Assembly: GCA_001785355.1 (NCBI GenBank)
Contig: MFTQ01000020.1
Coordinates: 1-54,277, forward strand
Reading direction: 5' to 3'
Source: Candidatus Nomurabacteria bacterium RIFCSPHIGHO2_01_FULL_41_71
GTDB lineage: Bacteria; Patescibacteriota; Minisyncoccia; Phycocordibacterales; UBA9973
DNA: 54,277 nt
A program made the position numbers and the translations under genes. Positions 1-8,850 of this stretch are shown here, one piece after another. The stretch's first letter is position 1. Each line of letters begins with the position of its first letter. The notes beneath the pieces were generated by a model. That model was not told the origin of the DNA. It did no database searches and was given only the letters and a program-made list of their open reading frames with translations.

Positions 1-2
1 CG

Positions 3-362
3 ACGAGTTACGCTATTCCCGCGGCGCTTGGAAAAACCTGGAACGCGATTTTTCATTCTGTTCCAAAACCAGCGCCGCCGCTCGTCTCCATTTCGCCTGT
101 CGCAACAAATTCGGTTGCGGATGAGATATTTATTGCGTCCGAAAAGAAAAAACCAGTTGTCGTCGCGCCTGCTCGGGTTTCTTTACCCGTCGTTACTTCA
201 AAAATTTCTTTGCCTATTTCCTCAACTCAACAAATGCCGACAAATGTTCTTTTGGCGACGGCGGAAAAAAGCGAAACTCGCATACCCGCGGCAGTCATTG
301 CCGTCGCAGCAATATTTGTCGGTGGTATATTTTTCTTTCGCTTCGCGGGATCAAGCCATTGA
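3..362 (+). CDS. partial CDS (3' end, 5' end off-window): hypothetical Pro/Ala/Val/Ser-rich protein with a C-terminal hydrophobic anchor
   Basis: Frame 3 is open from the window edge to TGA at 360-362 by hand translation; it is absent from the ATG-anchored ORF track. It ends ...IPAAVIAVAAIFVGGIFFFRFAGSSH. Confidence 0.4.
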   Translation, partial: TSYAIPAALGKTWNAIFHSVPKPAPPLVSISPVATNSVADEIFIASEKKKPVVVAPARVSLPVVTSKISLPISSTQQMPTNVLLATAEKSETRIPAAVIAVAAIFVGGIFFFRFAGSSH

Positions 363-386
363 CTTTTACCGGATTATATATATGCT
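359..386 (+). promoter_or_regulatory. sigma70-like promoter TTGACT-N16-TATGCT facing the GC-rich element R1
   Basis: TTGACT at 359-364 and TATGCT at 381-386. The same TTGAC(T/A)-N16/17-TAnnnT pattern recurs at 12082, 22645, 29654(-), 33193 and 50182(-). Confidence 0.4.
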
Positions 387-392
387 TTTTCA

Positions 393-685
393 TTGAAAGG
401 AGGGACTATGCCCTTCTTCTTGTACGTCCGGGCGGGCGGGGGGCAACCCCTGTCCGTCGTTGGAGACTCCGCGGCCGATGCTTTGTCGGCGGCGGAGGGT
501 TTGTTTGGGCGGGGAGGTCGGCTGTTAACAGCCGACCTCCCTCCAGCCACCCTGGCTCAGGTGGCTGACCCCCTCGAGGAGAGGGGGGCAAGAGCCTGGG
601 ATCCGTCCGCGGATCCCAATGGGGACTGAGGTCCCCATTGCGCCGGCGATCCCCTGAAAAGGATCGCCGGCGCATATTAATTTTT
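393..685 (+). ncRNA. R1: GC-rich array of eight near-perfect hairpins; candidate structured RNA of unknown family
   Basis: Hairpins at 433-456 (GCAA loop, two G-U pairs valid only on + strand), 467-497, 512-541 (13 bp), 544-567, 569-587, 598-617 (UCCG loop), 618-639 and 640-673 (13 bp), followed by AUAUUAAUUUUU. About 68% G+C over 421-660 by hand count, in an AT-rich context. Confidence 0.4.
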
Positions 686-714
686 GGCCTAAATTTTGTT
701 TTTTTTGTAAAAAT

Positions 715-732
715 TGCTAGAATGGTTGTATG
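715..732 (+). promoter_or_regulatory. extended -10 (TGcTAGAAT) 6 nt upstream of the ATG; leaderless-type promoter
   Basis: TGc at 715-717, TAGAAT at 718-723, 6-nt spacer, ATG at 730. Confidence 0.4.
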
Positions 733-1155
733 ACATTTCCCGAAGATGTATTGGCGCGGGTGGGGATATTTATTCTGGGAACTTGCGGATTTTTGGTGGC
801 TAGGCATATTTACAATCGCAAAAAGAATGCCCAGCCTTTAATTTGTCCGATCAAGTTTGATTGCAATGCCGTGGTGCACAGCGATTACTCCAAGTTTTTC
901 GGAGTGCCTCTTGAAGTTTTCGGCATGATTTATTACGCGCTTGTCGCTTTAGGTTATTTTTCGCTTATTTTCATTCCGGAAGCCATACCGGGAGCTTTAG
1001 TCAATATCCTGATCTTGGCATCTTCGCTGGCTTTTCTTTTTTCTCTTTATCTCATTTATGTGCAGATCTTTATCCTGAAAAAAGGATGCTCTTGGTGTTT
1101 TATCTCGGCGCTTATTTGTTTTTTTATTTTTTTCCTTACCTTTACGACTGTATAA
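730..1155 (+). CDS. vitamin K epoxide reductase (VKOR) family membrane protein
   Basis: 141-aa multi-pass membrane ORF with paired Cys (CPIKFDC) and a CSWC motif in a late helix, as in VKOR-type thiol oxidoreductases. Confidence 0.6.
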   Translation: MTFPEDVLARVGIFILGTCGFLVARHIYNRKKNAQPLICPIKFDCNAVVHSDYSKFFGVPLEVFGMIYYALVALGYFSLIFIPEAIPGALVNILILASSLAFLFSLYLIYVQIFILKKGCSWCFISALICFFIFFLTFTTV

Positions 1156-1170
1156 AGTCGCAGTATCGGC

Positions 1171-3807
1171 ATGTCCAACAAAAAAAATACAGAAGTCGAA
1201 AACATCTCTCAACCTTGGGCCATGGAAGCGGGGGAAGTGATGGGGGCGCTCGGGGGCGCGGAGCAGGGACTCTCCGATCAAGAGGCGAAAAACCGTCTGA
1301 CAAAATACGGAAACAATACTTTTCATGCGAAAGAAAAAATAAATCCGGTTTTTCTTTTTCTGAAACAATTTTTAAGTCCTCTAATATTCCTACTTATCGG
1401 CGCCGCGGCGCTTACCTTGCTCCTTGGCGAGTTGGCGGATACTCTGGTGATAGTCTTTGCGGTGTTACTCAACGTCTCACTTGGTTTTTATCACGAATAT
1501 CATGCCGAGAATACCCTGGATAAATTAATCACTTACATCAAAGACAGAACCCGGGTTATGAGAGAGGGAATCGAGCAGGAGATAGACTCGGCGCTTCTGG
1601 TGCCCGGAGACACGATCAAGCTCTCTTATGGTTCTCGAGTGCCGGCCGACGCCAGAATTTTGACCGTCAACGATTTTCACGCAGATGAAGCCATTCTGAC
1701 GGGGGAGTCTTTGCCGGTGGCAAAAGTCGTTTCGCCGCAAGCATTTACGACTCTCCCGGCGGAACGCAAAAATATCGCTCACGCCGGCACCTTGGTGGTG
1801 CAGGGATACGCCACCGCGGTGGTTTACGCTACCGGCGGTTTTACGGAAATAGGCAAAATCGCCGGCATTGTTTCCAAGACTTCCAGAATCAAAACCCCTC
1901 TTCAGCGGGGAGTAAGCAGTCTGGCTTGGCTTATTTTTGCCGTTGTGGCAATAATAGTAATCGGCATCTTGATTTTAGGAATTTCTCGCGGAGAAGCCCT
2001 TATCCCGATGCTTTTATTATCTTCCGCGGTGGCGGTCGGCGCGGTTCCGGAGGCTTTGCCTATCGCCCTTACCGTCATCTTAGCTATCGGCGCGGAGCGT
2101 ATTGCCAATAAAAAAGGAATTATCAGAAAACTTACCGCGGCTGAAACTTTGGGTTCCGCCACGCTTATTATGACGGACAAAACAGGAACTCTCACTCTTG
2201 CCGATATGCAACTGGTCGGTGTGCATGAGACGAAGCAAATCACTTCCGGCCGGCAAATTCAAGGGGAAAAAGAATTTTCTTTCGAAGAAAAGAAATTGCT
2301 TGAACTTTCGCTTTTAAATGTCGATGTGTCTATTGAAAATCCGAATGAAGACAAATCCAAATGGGTTTTTCGCGGCAGACCTTTCGAGGTTGATATCGCC
2401 AAGGCCTGTCGGGAGCACAATCTTTCACTCGATATTATTTCTTCTCCGATATCGTATGTGACGTTGCCTTTTAATTCCACCAATAAGTTTTCAGTGGCCG
2501 AGAAGGACGGCAGGTATGTGGTGATGGGGGCGCCCGATATTCTCCTTTCGAGATCGAATGTTTCCCGGGAAGAGTATCTAAAAATCGAATCATTTATCAA
2601 TGAGAAAAGCCGAGACGGAAAAAGACTTATCGGCATCGCCACGGCCTTCAAAGACCATAAAAAGCGTTTTTCCGTAGAAGATGTAACGGGTCTTGATTTC
2701 TTGGGAATGTTTGCTTTTCACGATCCGATTCGCAAGGAAGTGCCGGCCGCTATCAAAAATATAGAATCTCACGGAATAAAAATGGTTTTGGTTACCGGAG
2801 ACTTGGCTGGAACGGCGATAGCAGTGATGAAAGATCTGGATTGGGAAGTAAAAAAAAATGAAATAATAACAGGCGCGGAGCTTGGAGGCATGACGGATGA
2901 ACAGCTACTTTCTGTTATTTCTAAAATAAAAATATTTGCCCGAGTGACGCCGGAAGACAAACTTCGCATCGGCAGGCTTTTCCAGAAGCTCGGAGAAGTG
3001 GTGGCGATGACCGGCGATGGAGTAAATGACGCTCCTTCTCTCAAAGCGATGGATATAGGCATATCGCTCGGATCTGGATCAGACGTGGCAAAGTCGGCCG
3101 CGGATTTGGTTCTCCTGGACGATAATTTCGAGACTATTTCGCTTGCCATAGACGAAGGTCGCAGAATACTTTCCAATATCAAAAAAACCTTTGTATATCT
3201 GATGTCTAATTCTTTCGATGAAGTATTTGTGATAGGGGGAAGCTTGATTGCCGGGATAGCTTTACCGCTTACAGCCCTCCAAATTATCTGGGTTAATCTT
3301 TTTACCGGCAGTCTGCCGGCGCTTGCTTTCGCTTTCGATGAAGATCTGGATAAAGGAGGAAAAAAAGTCGGTGATGATAGAGAATCGAAAGATAAGCATC
3401 TTATTTTTACCACCAGCGTAAAAATATTTATTTTCGGTGTCGGTATTTTGAGTTCACTGATTCTTTTCTTTCTTTATTATTTTCTGATAAAAACGGGCCT
3501 TGAGGTTCACATTGCGCGCAGTATTTTCTTTGTGTGTTTTTCTTCGTATATTTTAATCATTGCGTTTTCTTTCCGCAGTTTACATCGCCCGGTATTTTCT
3601 TATCCGATTTTTTCCAACTGGAAATTAAATGCAAGTATTATCATTGCCATTGTTATACTGGTGGCCACCATGACGGTGCCTTTTATGAGGGATATTTTTG
3701 ATTTGGCGCCAATGCCGCTTGTATGGCTACCCTTTATATTTTTGTGGCTACTTTTAAATATTTTTCTGGTAGAAGGCGCAAAGTATTTAATGCGCTGGGC
3801 GAGATGA
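1171..3807 (+). CDS. P-type cation-transporting ATPase (P2, Ca2+-ATPase-like)
   Basis: 878 aa with the DKTGTLT phosphorylation motif, the TGDGVNDAP hinge, an N-terminal cation-ATPase segment and multiple TM helices. Confidence 0.9.
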   Translation: MSNKKNTEVENISQPWAMEAGEVMGALGGAEQGLSDQEAKNRLTKYGNNTFHAKEKINPVFLFLKQFLSPLIFLLIGAAALTLLLGELADTLVIVFAVLLNVSLGFYHEYHAENTLDKLITYIKDRTRVMREGIEQEIDSALLVPGDTIKLSYGSRVPADARILTVNDFHADEAILTGESLPVAKVVSPQAFTTLPAERKNIAHAGTLVVQGYATAVVYATGGFTEIGKIAGIVSKTSRIKTPLQRGVSSLAWLIFAVVAIIVIGILILGISRGEALIPMLLLSSAVAVGAVPEALPIALTVILAIGAERIANKKGIIRKLTAAETLGSATLIMTDKTGTLTLADMQLVGVHETKQITSGRQIQGEKEFSFEEKKLLELSLLNVDVSIENPNEDKSKWVFRGRPFEVDIAKACREHNLSLDIISSPISYVTLPFNSTNKFSVAEKDGRYVVMGAPDILLSRSNVSREEYLKIESFINEKSRDGKRLIGIATAFKDHKKRFSVEDVTGLDFLGMFAFHDPIRKEVPAAIKNIESHGIKMVLVTGDLAGTAIAVMKDLDWEVKKNEIITGAELGGMTDEQLLSVISKIKIFARVTPEDKLRIGRLFQKLGEVVAMTGDGVNDAPSLKAMDIGISLGSGSDVAKSAADLVLLDDNFETISLAIDEGRRILSNIKKTFVYLMSNSFDEVFVIGGSLIAGIALPLTALQIIWVNLFTGSLPALAFAFDEDLDKGGKKVGDDRESKDKHLIFTTSVKIFIFGVGILSSLILFFLYYFLIKTGLEVHIARSIFFVCFSSYILIIAFSFRSLHRPVFSYPIFSNWKLNASIIIAIVILVATMTVPFMRDIFDLAPMPLVWLPFIFLWLLLNIFLVEGAKYLMRWAR

Positions 3808-3855
3808 AATTAGCCTTTGTTTCTTTTTTTTGCTATAAATAGCGATACACGATAT

Positions 3856-3927
3856 GGAGGTATTGGTGTAGTAGTAGCACAGCAGCTTGTGGAGCTGTTA
3901 GCGAGAGTGCAATCCTCTCATACCTCC
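3856..3927 (+). tRNA. tRNA-His (anticodon GUG) with encoded G-1 opposite C73
   Basis: Hand-folded cloverleaf. G-1 at 3856; acceptor GAGGTAT/ATACCTC; anticodon stem GCAGC/GCTGT with loop TTGTGGA; T arm GAGAG-TGCAATC-CTCTC. CCA is not encoded. Confidence 0.85.
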
Positions 3928-3943
3928 CAAGTGATTTGTTTTT

Positions 3944-3961
3944 TGATATAATACACGTATG
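3944..3961 (+). promoter_or_regulatory. extended -10 (TGaTATAAT) 6 nt upstream of the ATG; leaderless-type promoter
   Basis: TGa at 3944-3946, TATAAT at 3947-3952, spacer acacgt, ATG at 3959. Confidence 0.45.
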
Positions 3962-4489
3962 TCTCAAAATCATGTTTCGTTTTTAAAGGCTTTGTTTGGC
4001 GAGGGCGAAGAGGCTCGAAGGAGAATATTTCGCAGCATCAAAGCAAAAGCCAATGCCAAGAGGACTTTAATGGAAAAAATGGCGGACGCCATGACTTCGC
4101 GTTTCGGGAGCGCTTCCTTTTTGTTAATAAATGCGGCTGCGTTTGTTCTTTGGTTGTTCATCAATACCGGTCAAATAAAAGGAATTCCCATTTTTGATCC
4201 TTATCCTTTTATCTTACTGACGACTTTCGTTTCGCTCGAGGCTATTATTCTCGCCATTTTTGTGCTTATCTCTCAAAATCGCAGTATAAAAATCGATGAT
4301 CTTCGCGAAGAAGTAGATTTGCAAATTAACCTCATTTCCGCAAAAGAAATTACCAAACTTATGAAAATGATAGCCATTCTTTTAGAGAAACAAGGGGTGG
4401 ACCTTTCGCAAGATCCTGAACTGAAAAAAATGTTGAAACCAGTCAGTGAAGAAGAGATAGAAAAAAGATTGGAGAAAGAAATTCTTTAA
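3959..4489 (+). CDS. DUF1003 family membrane protein
   Basis: 176 aa. The two-TM core FGSASFLLINAAAFVLWLFINTG...DPYPFILLTTFVSLEAIILAIFVLISQNR is typical of DUF1003. Confidence 0.6.
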   Translation: MSQNHVSFLKALFGEGEEARRRIFRSIKAKANAKRTLMEKMADAMTSRFGSASFLLINAAAFVLWLFINTGQIKGIPIFDPYPFILLTTFVSLEAIILAIFVLISQNRSIKIDDLREEVDLQINLISAKEITKLMKMIAILLEKQGVDLSQDPELKKMLKPVSEEEIEKRLEKEIL

Positions 4490-4499
4490 ATGAATTTTC

Positions 4500-5051
4500 A
4501 TGTGGAAGAATGAAAACCTAGTAAAAGTGTTGAAAGAAGGCGGAGTGGTCGTGATGCCGACCGATACCTTGTATGGCGTCGTGGGAAGCGCCTTGAATCA
4601 GTTCGTCGTGGAGCGGATTTACAATATCAGAAAGAGAAATCTCGAAAAACCATGCATAATTCTCATCTCTGATATTACCGAACTTGATAAATTTTCGATT
4701 CATCTTTATCCGGGACAGAAGAAAACTCTTTCGGGATACTGGCCAGCGCCAATAAGCGCAGTGATCGACTGCGAAAATGATGATTTCTTTTACCTTCATC
4801 GAGGGACCCGGACGCTTGCTTTCCGGGTGCCGGAAAATGAAGAACTCCGGATTCTGCTTACCGCGACTGGTCCGCTTATCGCGCCTTCAGCCAATTTGGA
4901 GGCAAGGCCTCCAAGTAGAACTATTTCTGAAGCAAAGGAATATTTTGGTGATAAAGTGGATTTATACATTGACGGAGGAGAAATCAGAGGTAAGGCGTCC
5001 AAAGTGATCAAATTGCGCAGAGACGGTTCGATTGAAATCTTACGTGCCTAA
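4500..5051 (+). CDS. tsaC: L-threonylcarbamoyladenylate synthase (TsaC/YrdC domain)
   Basis: 183 aa with the YrdC-domain signature VVMPTDTLYGVVGSA and the conserved PSAN motif. Confidence 0.7.
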   Translation: MWKNENLVKVLKEGGVVVMPTDTLYGVVGSALNQFVVERIYNIRKRNLEKPCIILISDITELDKFSIHLYPGQKKTLSGYWPAPISAVIDCENDDFFYLHRGTRTLAFRVPENEELRILLTATGPLIAPSANLEARPPSRTISEAKEYFGDKVDLYIDGGEIRGKASKVIKLRRDGSIEILRA

Positions 5052-5078
5052 AATTCATACTTGGTGTAGTATCTTCTT

Positions 5079-6092
5079 ATGAAGATTTTGCTGGATTACG
5101 ATCTCACAAATATGAACACTTTCCGGGTACCGGCCCGAGCGAAGTTTTTTACCGAAATCCAAAGCGAGCGGGATTTGTCGGAGCTTTTCGTGGCCCCGGA
5201 ATTTAAAAATAACGAAAAACTTTTTCTAGGCGGGGGGAGCAATGTTCTTTTTACCAAGAATTTTGATGGAATCGTGGTTTTAAATAAATTAAAAGGGATA
5301 GAAATTTTAGACGAGGATACAGAGAGTGTAGAAATAAGAGCGATGAGCGGGGAAATTTGGCATGACTTGGTGACTTTTTCTGTGGAACGCGGATATTGGG
5401 GTATTGAGAATTTATCCCTTATTCCGGGAACAGTCGGGGCGGCGCCGATGCAGAACATCGGCGCCTATGGGGCGGAACTTCAAAATGTTTTAGAAAGTGT
5501 CGAAGCGCTTGAAGTCGAAACGGGAGCCAGAAAAATTTTTAGAAAAGAAGAATGTGATTTTGGCTATCGCAACAGCGTTTTTAAAAATGAAATTAAAGGA
5601 AAGTATTTTATTTCGGCGGCGATTTTACGGCTTAATAAGATTTCAAAACCAAAAATAACATATCGTCATCTCAGAGAATATTTTGATCAAAATAAAACAG
5701 AAGCAAAAAGTTCCAAAGACATAAGTAAGGCGGTGATCGATATTCGCAAAAGCAAGTTGCCCGATCCGGCGGTAATTCCAAATGCCGGGAGCTTTTTTAA
5801 AAATGTTTTTGTCAATGAAAAAGAAATAGAAAAAATTCTTGCAAAATACCCGGACCTGCCGTATTTTGAAGAAAGTGGAACAAAAAAAATTCCAGCGGGA
5901 TGGCTTATTGAGAAGGCTGGATGGAAAGGAAAAAGAACGGGCAATGCGGGGGTGCATGAAAAACACGCGCTGGTTTTGGTCAACTATGGCGGAGCGACCG
6001 GGGAAGAAATAAAAAATCTAGCTGAGCAAATAACAGCCTCGGTCTATGAAAAATTCGGCTTAAAACTTATTCCGGAAGTGAACTTGATTTAA
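5079..6092 (+). CDS. murB: UDP-N-acetylenolpyruvoylglucosamine reductase
   Basis: 337 aa. FAD-binding N-terminal region (LGGGSNVLF) and a MurB C-terminal domain (AGSFFKN, PAGWLIE). Confidence 0.85.
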   Translation: MKILLDYDLTNMNTFRVPARAKFFTEIQSERDLSELFVAPEFKNNEKLFLGGGSNVLFTKNFDGIVVLNKLKGIEILDEDTESVEIRAMSGEIWHDLVTFSVERGYWGIENLSLIPGTVGAAPMQNIGAYGAELQNVLESVEALEVETGARKIFRKEECDFGYRNSVFKNEIKGKYFISAAILRLNKISKPKITYRHLREYFDQNKTEAKSSKDISKAVIDIRKSKLPDPAVIPNAGSFFKNVFVNEKEIEKILAKYPDLPYFEESGTKKIPAGWLIEKAGWKGKRTGNAGVHEKHALVLVNYGGATGEEIKNLAEQITASVYEKFGLKLIPEVNLI

Positions 6093-6119
6093 GAACTTTT
6101 TAGTATATAATTTATTTGC

Positions 6120-6941
6120 ATGGATAATTTAATTAAAGAAAAATCTAATTTAATGAAAGCAGGGCTGGTATTTGTGGTTATTTTATCAGCCTACTTTACC
6201 GTTAAAGCTCTGGCTGAAATAAAATCCTATGGCAGGACGAGCAGCTTGGAGATTAGCACTATTACTCTCTCTGGCCACGGCGAAGTGATAGCTGTGCCGG
6301 ACATTGCCACTATTTCTTTTACCATTTCCAAAGTGGCGAAGACGGCAAAAGAGGCGCAAGAGGCCGTAGCGCAGGTTGAGCAAAAAGCTTTGGAATTTTT
6401 GCGCGGGAATGGCGTGGAGGACAAGGATATAAAAACCGAAAATGCTTCGGTATACCCGAAATACGAATGGAAGCGCACTCCTTGCCCTTTATCTTCTTCC
6501 GGAACAGAGATGATGATCTTTCCTCCTTGTATTTCGGACGGTAAAAATGTCTTGTTGGGATATGAGGCGAACGAAAGTATCACCATGAAAGTTCGCAAAG
6601 TGGATGATGCCGGAGAAATTATGCAAGGACTTGGCGCGGTCGGAGTTTCTAATCTGAATGGTCCAAACTTTGCCATAGACAATGAAGACGGATTGAAAAT
6701 GGAGGCCAGAAAAAAAGCGATTGAAGACGCGCGCGGTAAAGCTAAAATTTTAGCGAAAGATTTAGGAGTGCGTCTGGGTAAAATTGTCAGTTTCAGTGAA
6801 AATGGTTATGATCCATACCCTGTAATGTATGGCAAAGCGATGATGGCCGAAGACGCCGCTTCGCTTCCTCCGGCGCCAGAGCTTCCGAAAGGAGAAAATA
6901 CCATAAGCTCGGATGTCAGCATAACTTACGAGATACGATAA
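6120..6941 (+). CDS. SIMPL/DUF541 domain protein with N-terminal membrane anchor
   Basis: 273 aa with an N-terminal TM helix followed by a SIMPL-like region (ITLSGHGEVIAVPDIATISFTI...). Confidence 0.55.
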   Translation: MDNLIKEKSNLMKAGLVFVVILSAYFTVKALAEIKSYGRTSSLEISTITLSGHGEVIAVPDIATISFTISKVAKTAKEAQEAVAQVEQKALEFLRGNGVEDKDIKTENASVYPKYEWKRTPCPLSSSGTEMMIFPPCISDGKNVLLGYEANESITMKVRKVDDAGEIMQGLGAVGVSNLNGPNFAIDNEDGLKMEARKKAIEDARGKAKILAKDLGVRLGKIVSFSENGYDPYPVMYGKAMMAEDAASLPPAPELPKGENTISSDVSITYEIR

Positions 6942-6983
6942 GAAATTACAAAAACAAAATTCATTAGTTAAAATTATAAACAT

Positions 6984-7406
6984 ATGGCAATAGGAGATGA
7001 ACCAAAACCAAATATACCGCCAGTGGAAGTAAAAGAAAAAAAAGTTGTCAAGATTTTATATGCTGAGGATGATAAAATATGGAGAAGAACTTTACAGGAT
7101 CTGCTTGAATACAGAGGTTGTGTGGTTGAAGCCGTAGAAAACGGAAAAATCCTTCTCGAGAAACTTGCAACTGGTGCGTACGATTTGGTTTTGACGGACA
7201 ATGATATGCCGGTTTTAACCGGGATCCAAGCGCTTAAAAAAATTCGTGAGATGGAGGGCTTGAGAGACTTGCCCGTTATTGTTTTTTCTGGGAGAAGTTC
7301 AGATCTTGAGAAGTATGTTACAGGGTTAGGCGGTACATGCTTGAATAAAGCATCAACAGAAGATCTTTTTCCTGCAATCGAAAGGGCGTTAAAAAGTGAT
7401 AAATAG
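6984..7406 (+). CDS. single-domain response regulator (CheY-like receiver)
   Basis: 140 aa. Acidic pocket EDD, phospho-acceptor context LVLTDNDMP, and a conserved K in LNKA. Confidence 0.75.
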   Translation: MAIGDEPKPNIPPVEVKEKKVVKILYAEDDKIWRRTLQDLLEYRGCVVEAVENGKILLEKLATGAYDLVLTDNDMPVLTGIQALKKIREMEGLRDLPVIVFSGRSSDLEKYVTGLGGTCLNKASTEDLFPAIERALKSDK

Positions 7407-7492
7407 AAATTCAGCCTCTTCCTGTTGTTTTTCAACCACTGTAATATAACAGATATTGTGGTGGGGAATATCAACCCTTTTTTATTTCATTT

Positions 7493-7530
7493 TGTCTACC
7501 GAATTTTACATATGTCTTTTTCGGTAGACA
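7493..7530. repeat. 38-nt palindromic element, copy 1 (TGTCTACCGAA...ACATATGT...TTCGGTAGACA)
   Basis: 11-bp perfect arms at 7493-7503 and 7520-7530. It shares arms, length and a CATATG centre with the perfect palindrome at 27685-27722. Confidence 0.8.
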
Positions 7531-7574
7531 AGACTAAAATTTGACTATTTTTAGCAAAAGGAGTACCTTTAAGG

Positions 7575-7596
7575 AAGCCCTGCGAGGGGCTTTTTT
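7575..7596 (+). terminator. intrinsic terminator candidate
   Basis: AAGCCC-TGCGAG-GGGCTT stem-loop followed by a T run (7592-7596). Confidence 0.5.
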
Positions 7597-7622
7597 ATAG
7601 AAAATTTAATTAAAAATCAGCT

Positions 7623-7808
7623 ATGTCTAAAATCACCGAATATTTCAAAGAAACCAGAGGGGAGCTTAAGCATGTAGTTTGGCCTACTCGCAAGCAGACT
7701 TTCTATTACACTCTGATCGTGATAGCGCTTTCGGTAGTACTGGCTTACTATCTGGGTGTATTTGATTTTATTTTTGGCAGGATCTTGGGAAGAGCGCTCG
7801 TGCTTTAA
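7623..7808 (+). CDS. secE: preprotein translocase subunit SecE
   Basis: 61 aa, single TM, conserved ELKKVVWP-like motif (ELKHVVWPTRKQ); located upstream of nusG. Confidence 0.8.
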   Translation: MSKITEYFKETRGELKHVVWPTRKQTFYYTLIVIALSVVLAYYLGVFDFIFGRILGRALVL

Positions 7809-7821
7809 TTCGCCGTATTTT

Positions 7822-8367
7822 ATGTCTAAACAGGAAACACAGGGAACAAGGAATTGGTATGCTATTCATACTTACGCTGGGTACGAAAATGTGGTATTGC
7901 GCAATTTAAAGCAACGCATCGATTCGCTTGGCATGCACGATAAAATTTTTAACGTCATTGTGCCGGTGGAAAAGAAAATAAAAATCAAAAGCGGGAAAAG
8001 AGTGGAGATGGAAGAGAAAATTTATCCCGGGTATGTTTTAGTGGACATGATCGTGACGGATGATTCGTGGTATGTGGTTCGAAATACTCCGCGAGTGACG
8101 GGGTTTGTCGGTGCCGGGGTAAATCCCGTGCCACTTAGAAAAGATGAAGTGGATTATCTATTCAGCAAGATGGACGCCGGTACACAGAAATACAATATCA
8201 CTCTCTCGACGGGAGAGGTGGTCAGGATTGTAGACGGGCCGTTTAAGGATTTGGAGGGTAAAGTAAACACCGTGGATAATGAGCGCGGAAAGGTAAAAGT
8301 GCTGGTATCTATGTTCGGCCGGGAGACGCCGGTAGAGTTGGATTTCTTGCAAGTTAAGCAGATTTGA
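7822..8367 (+). CDS. nusG: transcription termination/antitermination factor NusG
   Basis: NGN domain (WYAIHTYAGYENVV) and KOW motif (GEVVRIVDGPFKDLEGKV). Start moved to the ATG at 7822, after the secE stop. Confidence 0.9.
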   Translation: MSKQETQGTRNWYAIHTYAGYENVVLRNLKQRIDSLGMHDKIFNVIVPVEKKIKIKSGKRVEMEEKIYPGYVLVDMIVTDDSWYVVRNTPRVTGFVGAGVNPVPLRKDEVDYLFSKMDAGTQKYNITLSTGEVVRIVDGPFKDLEGKVNTVDNERGKVKVLVSMFGRETPVELDFLQVKQI

Positions 8368-8386
8368 GATAATGTTATAAAACTAT

Positions 8387-8812
8387 ATGGCGAAGAAAAT
8401 AATTAAAAATGTAAAACTAAGAGCTGTGGGAGGCAAAGCCACTCCGGCGCCACCGCTTGGCCCCACCTTGGGTCAGGCTGGAATAAATATCGGTGATTTT
8501 ATCACCAAATTTAACATGGCTACTCAAAAAATGGCGGGGGAAACTCTCACCGTACATCTTGCTGTGTATGAAGACCGGACTTATGATTTTGTGGTAAAAA
8601 CTCCGCCAGTTTCCGGATTGATACTCAAAGCGGCCGGAATACCCAAGGGTTCGGGTAGGCCCAATACTTCCAAAATCGGGAAAATTACCCGAAAACAGGC
8701 AGAAGATATTGCAGAGAAGAAAATGAAAGATCTGAACGCCAAGGACATTTCCGGCGCTATTCGCATCGTAGCCGGCTCTGCTCGCTCTATGGGCGTGGAA
8801 GTGCAAAACTAA
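8387..8812 (+). CDS. rplK: 50S ribosomal protein L11
   Basis: 141 aa with clear L11 sequence (PPLGPTLGQAGINIGDF). Confidence 0.95.
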   Translation: MAKKIIKNVKLRAVGGKATPAPPLGPTLGQAGINIGDFITKFNMATQKMAGETLTVHLAVYEDRTYDFVVKTPPVSGLILKAAGIPKGSGRPNTSKIGKITRKQAEDIAEKKMKDLNAKDISGAIRIVAGSARSMGVEVQN

Positions 8813-8850
8813 ATTTGAGAAAAAATTTTCCCTATTTGACAAAGGTTGTT

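Noticed and set aside
28-396. Track ORF of 122 aa at the window start.
   Set aside because: It translates to Arg/Leu-rich low-complexity junk. The alternative frame 3, open from the window edge, gives a plausible anchored protein and ends at 362 just before the promoter.
393-685. Tested R1 and R2 (27787-28058) by eye against RNase P RNA, SRP/4.5S RNA, 6S RNA, 5S rRNA and tmRNA.
   Set aside because: I found no GAGGAAAGUCC P4 motif. There is no GGAA-capped helix 8 with AGCA, no 6S-type single long bulged hairpin, and no tRNA-like ends. The real tmRNA is at 50232-50634.
393-807. GC-rich ORFs over R1: 393-629 (+), 359-568 (+) and 406-807 (-).
   Set aside because: They run through eight consecutive near-perfect hairpins, and their Ala/Gly/Arg/Pro-rich composition is what any frame of GC-rich DNA produces. 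The 408-629 frame does have a good SD, so it is kept as an alternative hypothesis under R1, but it is not called as a CDS.
6974-7474. A 166-aa ORF antisense to the response-regulator gene.
   Set aside because: It fully overlaps a well-supported receiver-domain CDS and has no recognisable motif, so it is a typical shadow ORF. The same reasoning applies to other antisense ORFs within strong genes, including 8417-8842, 16230-16739, 22910-23649, 32694-33137, 34986-35441, 35543-36097, 41133-41810 and 47810-48456.
7541-7569. Possible promoter TTGACT-N17-TACCTT upstream of secE.
   Set aside because: The predicted TSS would fall at the base of the terminator hairpin at 7575-7596, which makes the call self-contradictory. 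It is left unannotated.
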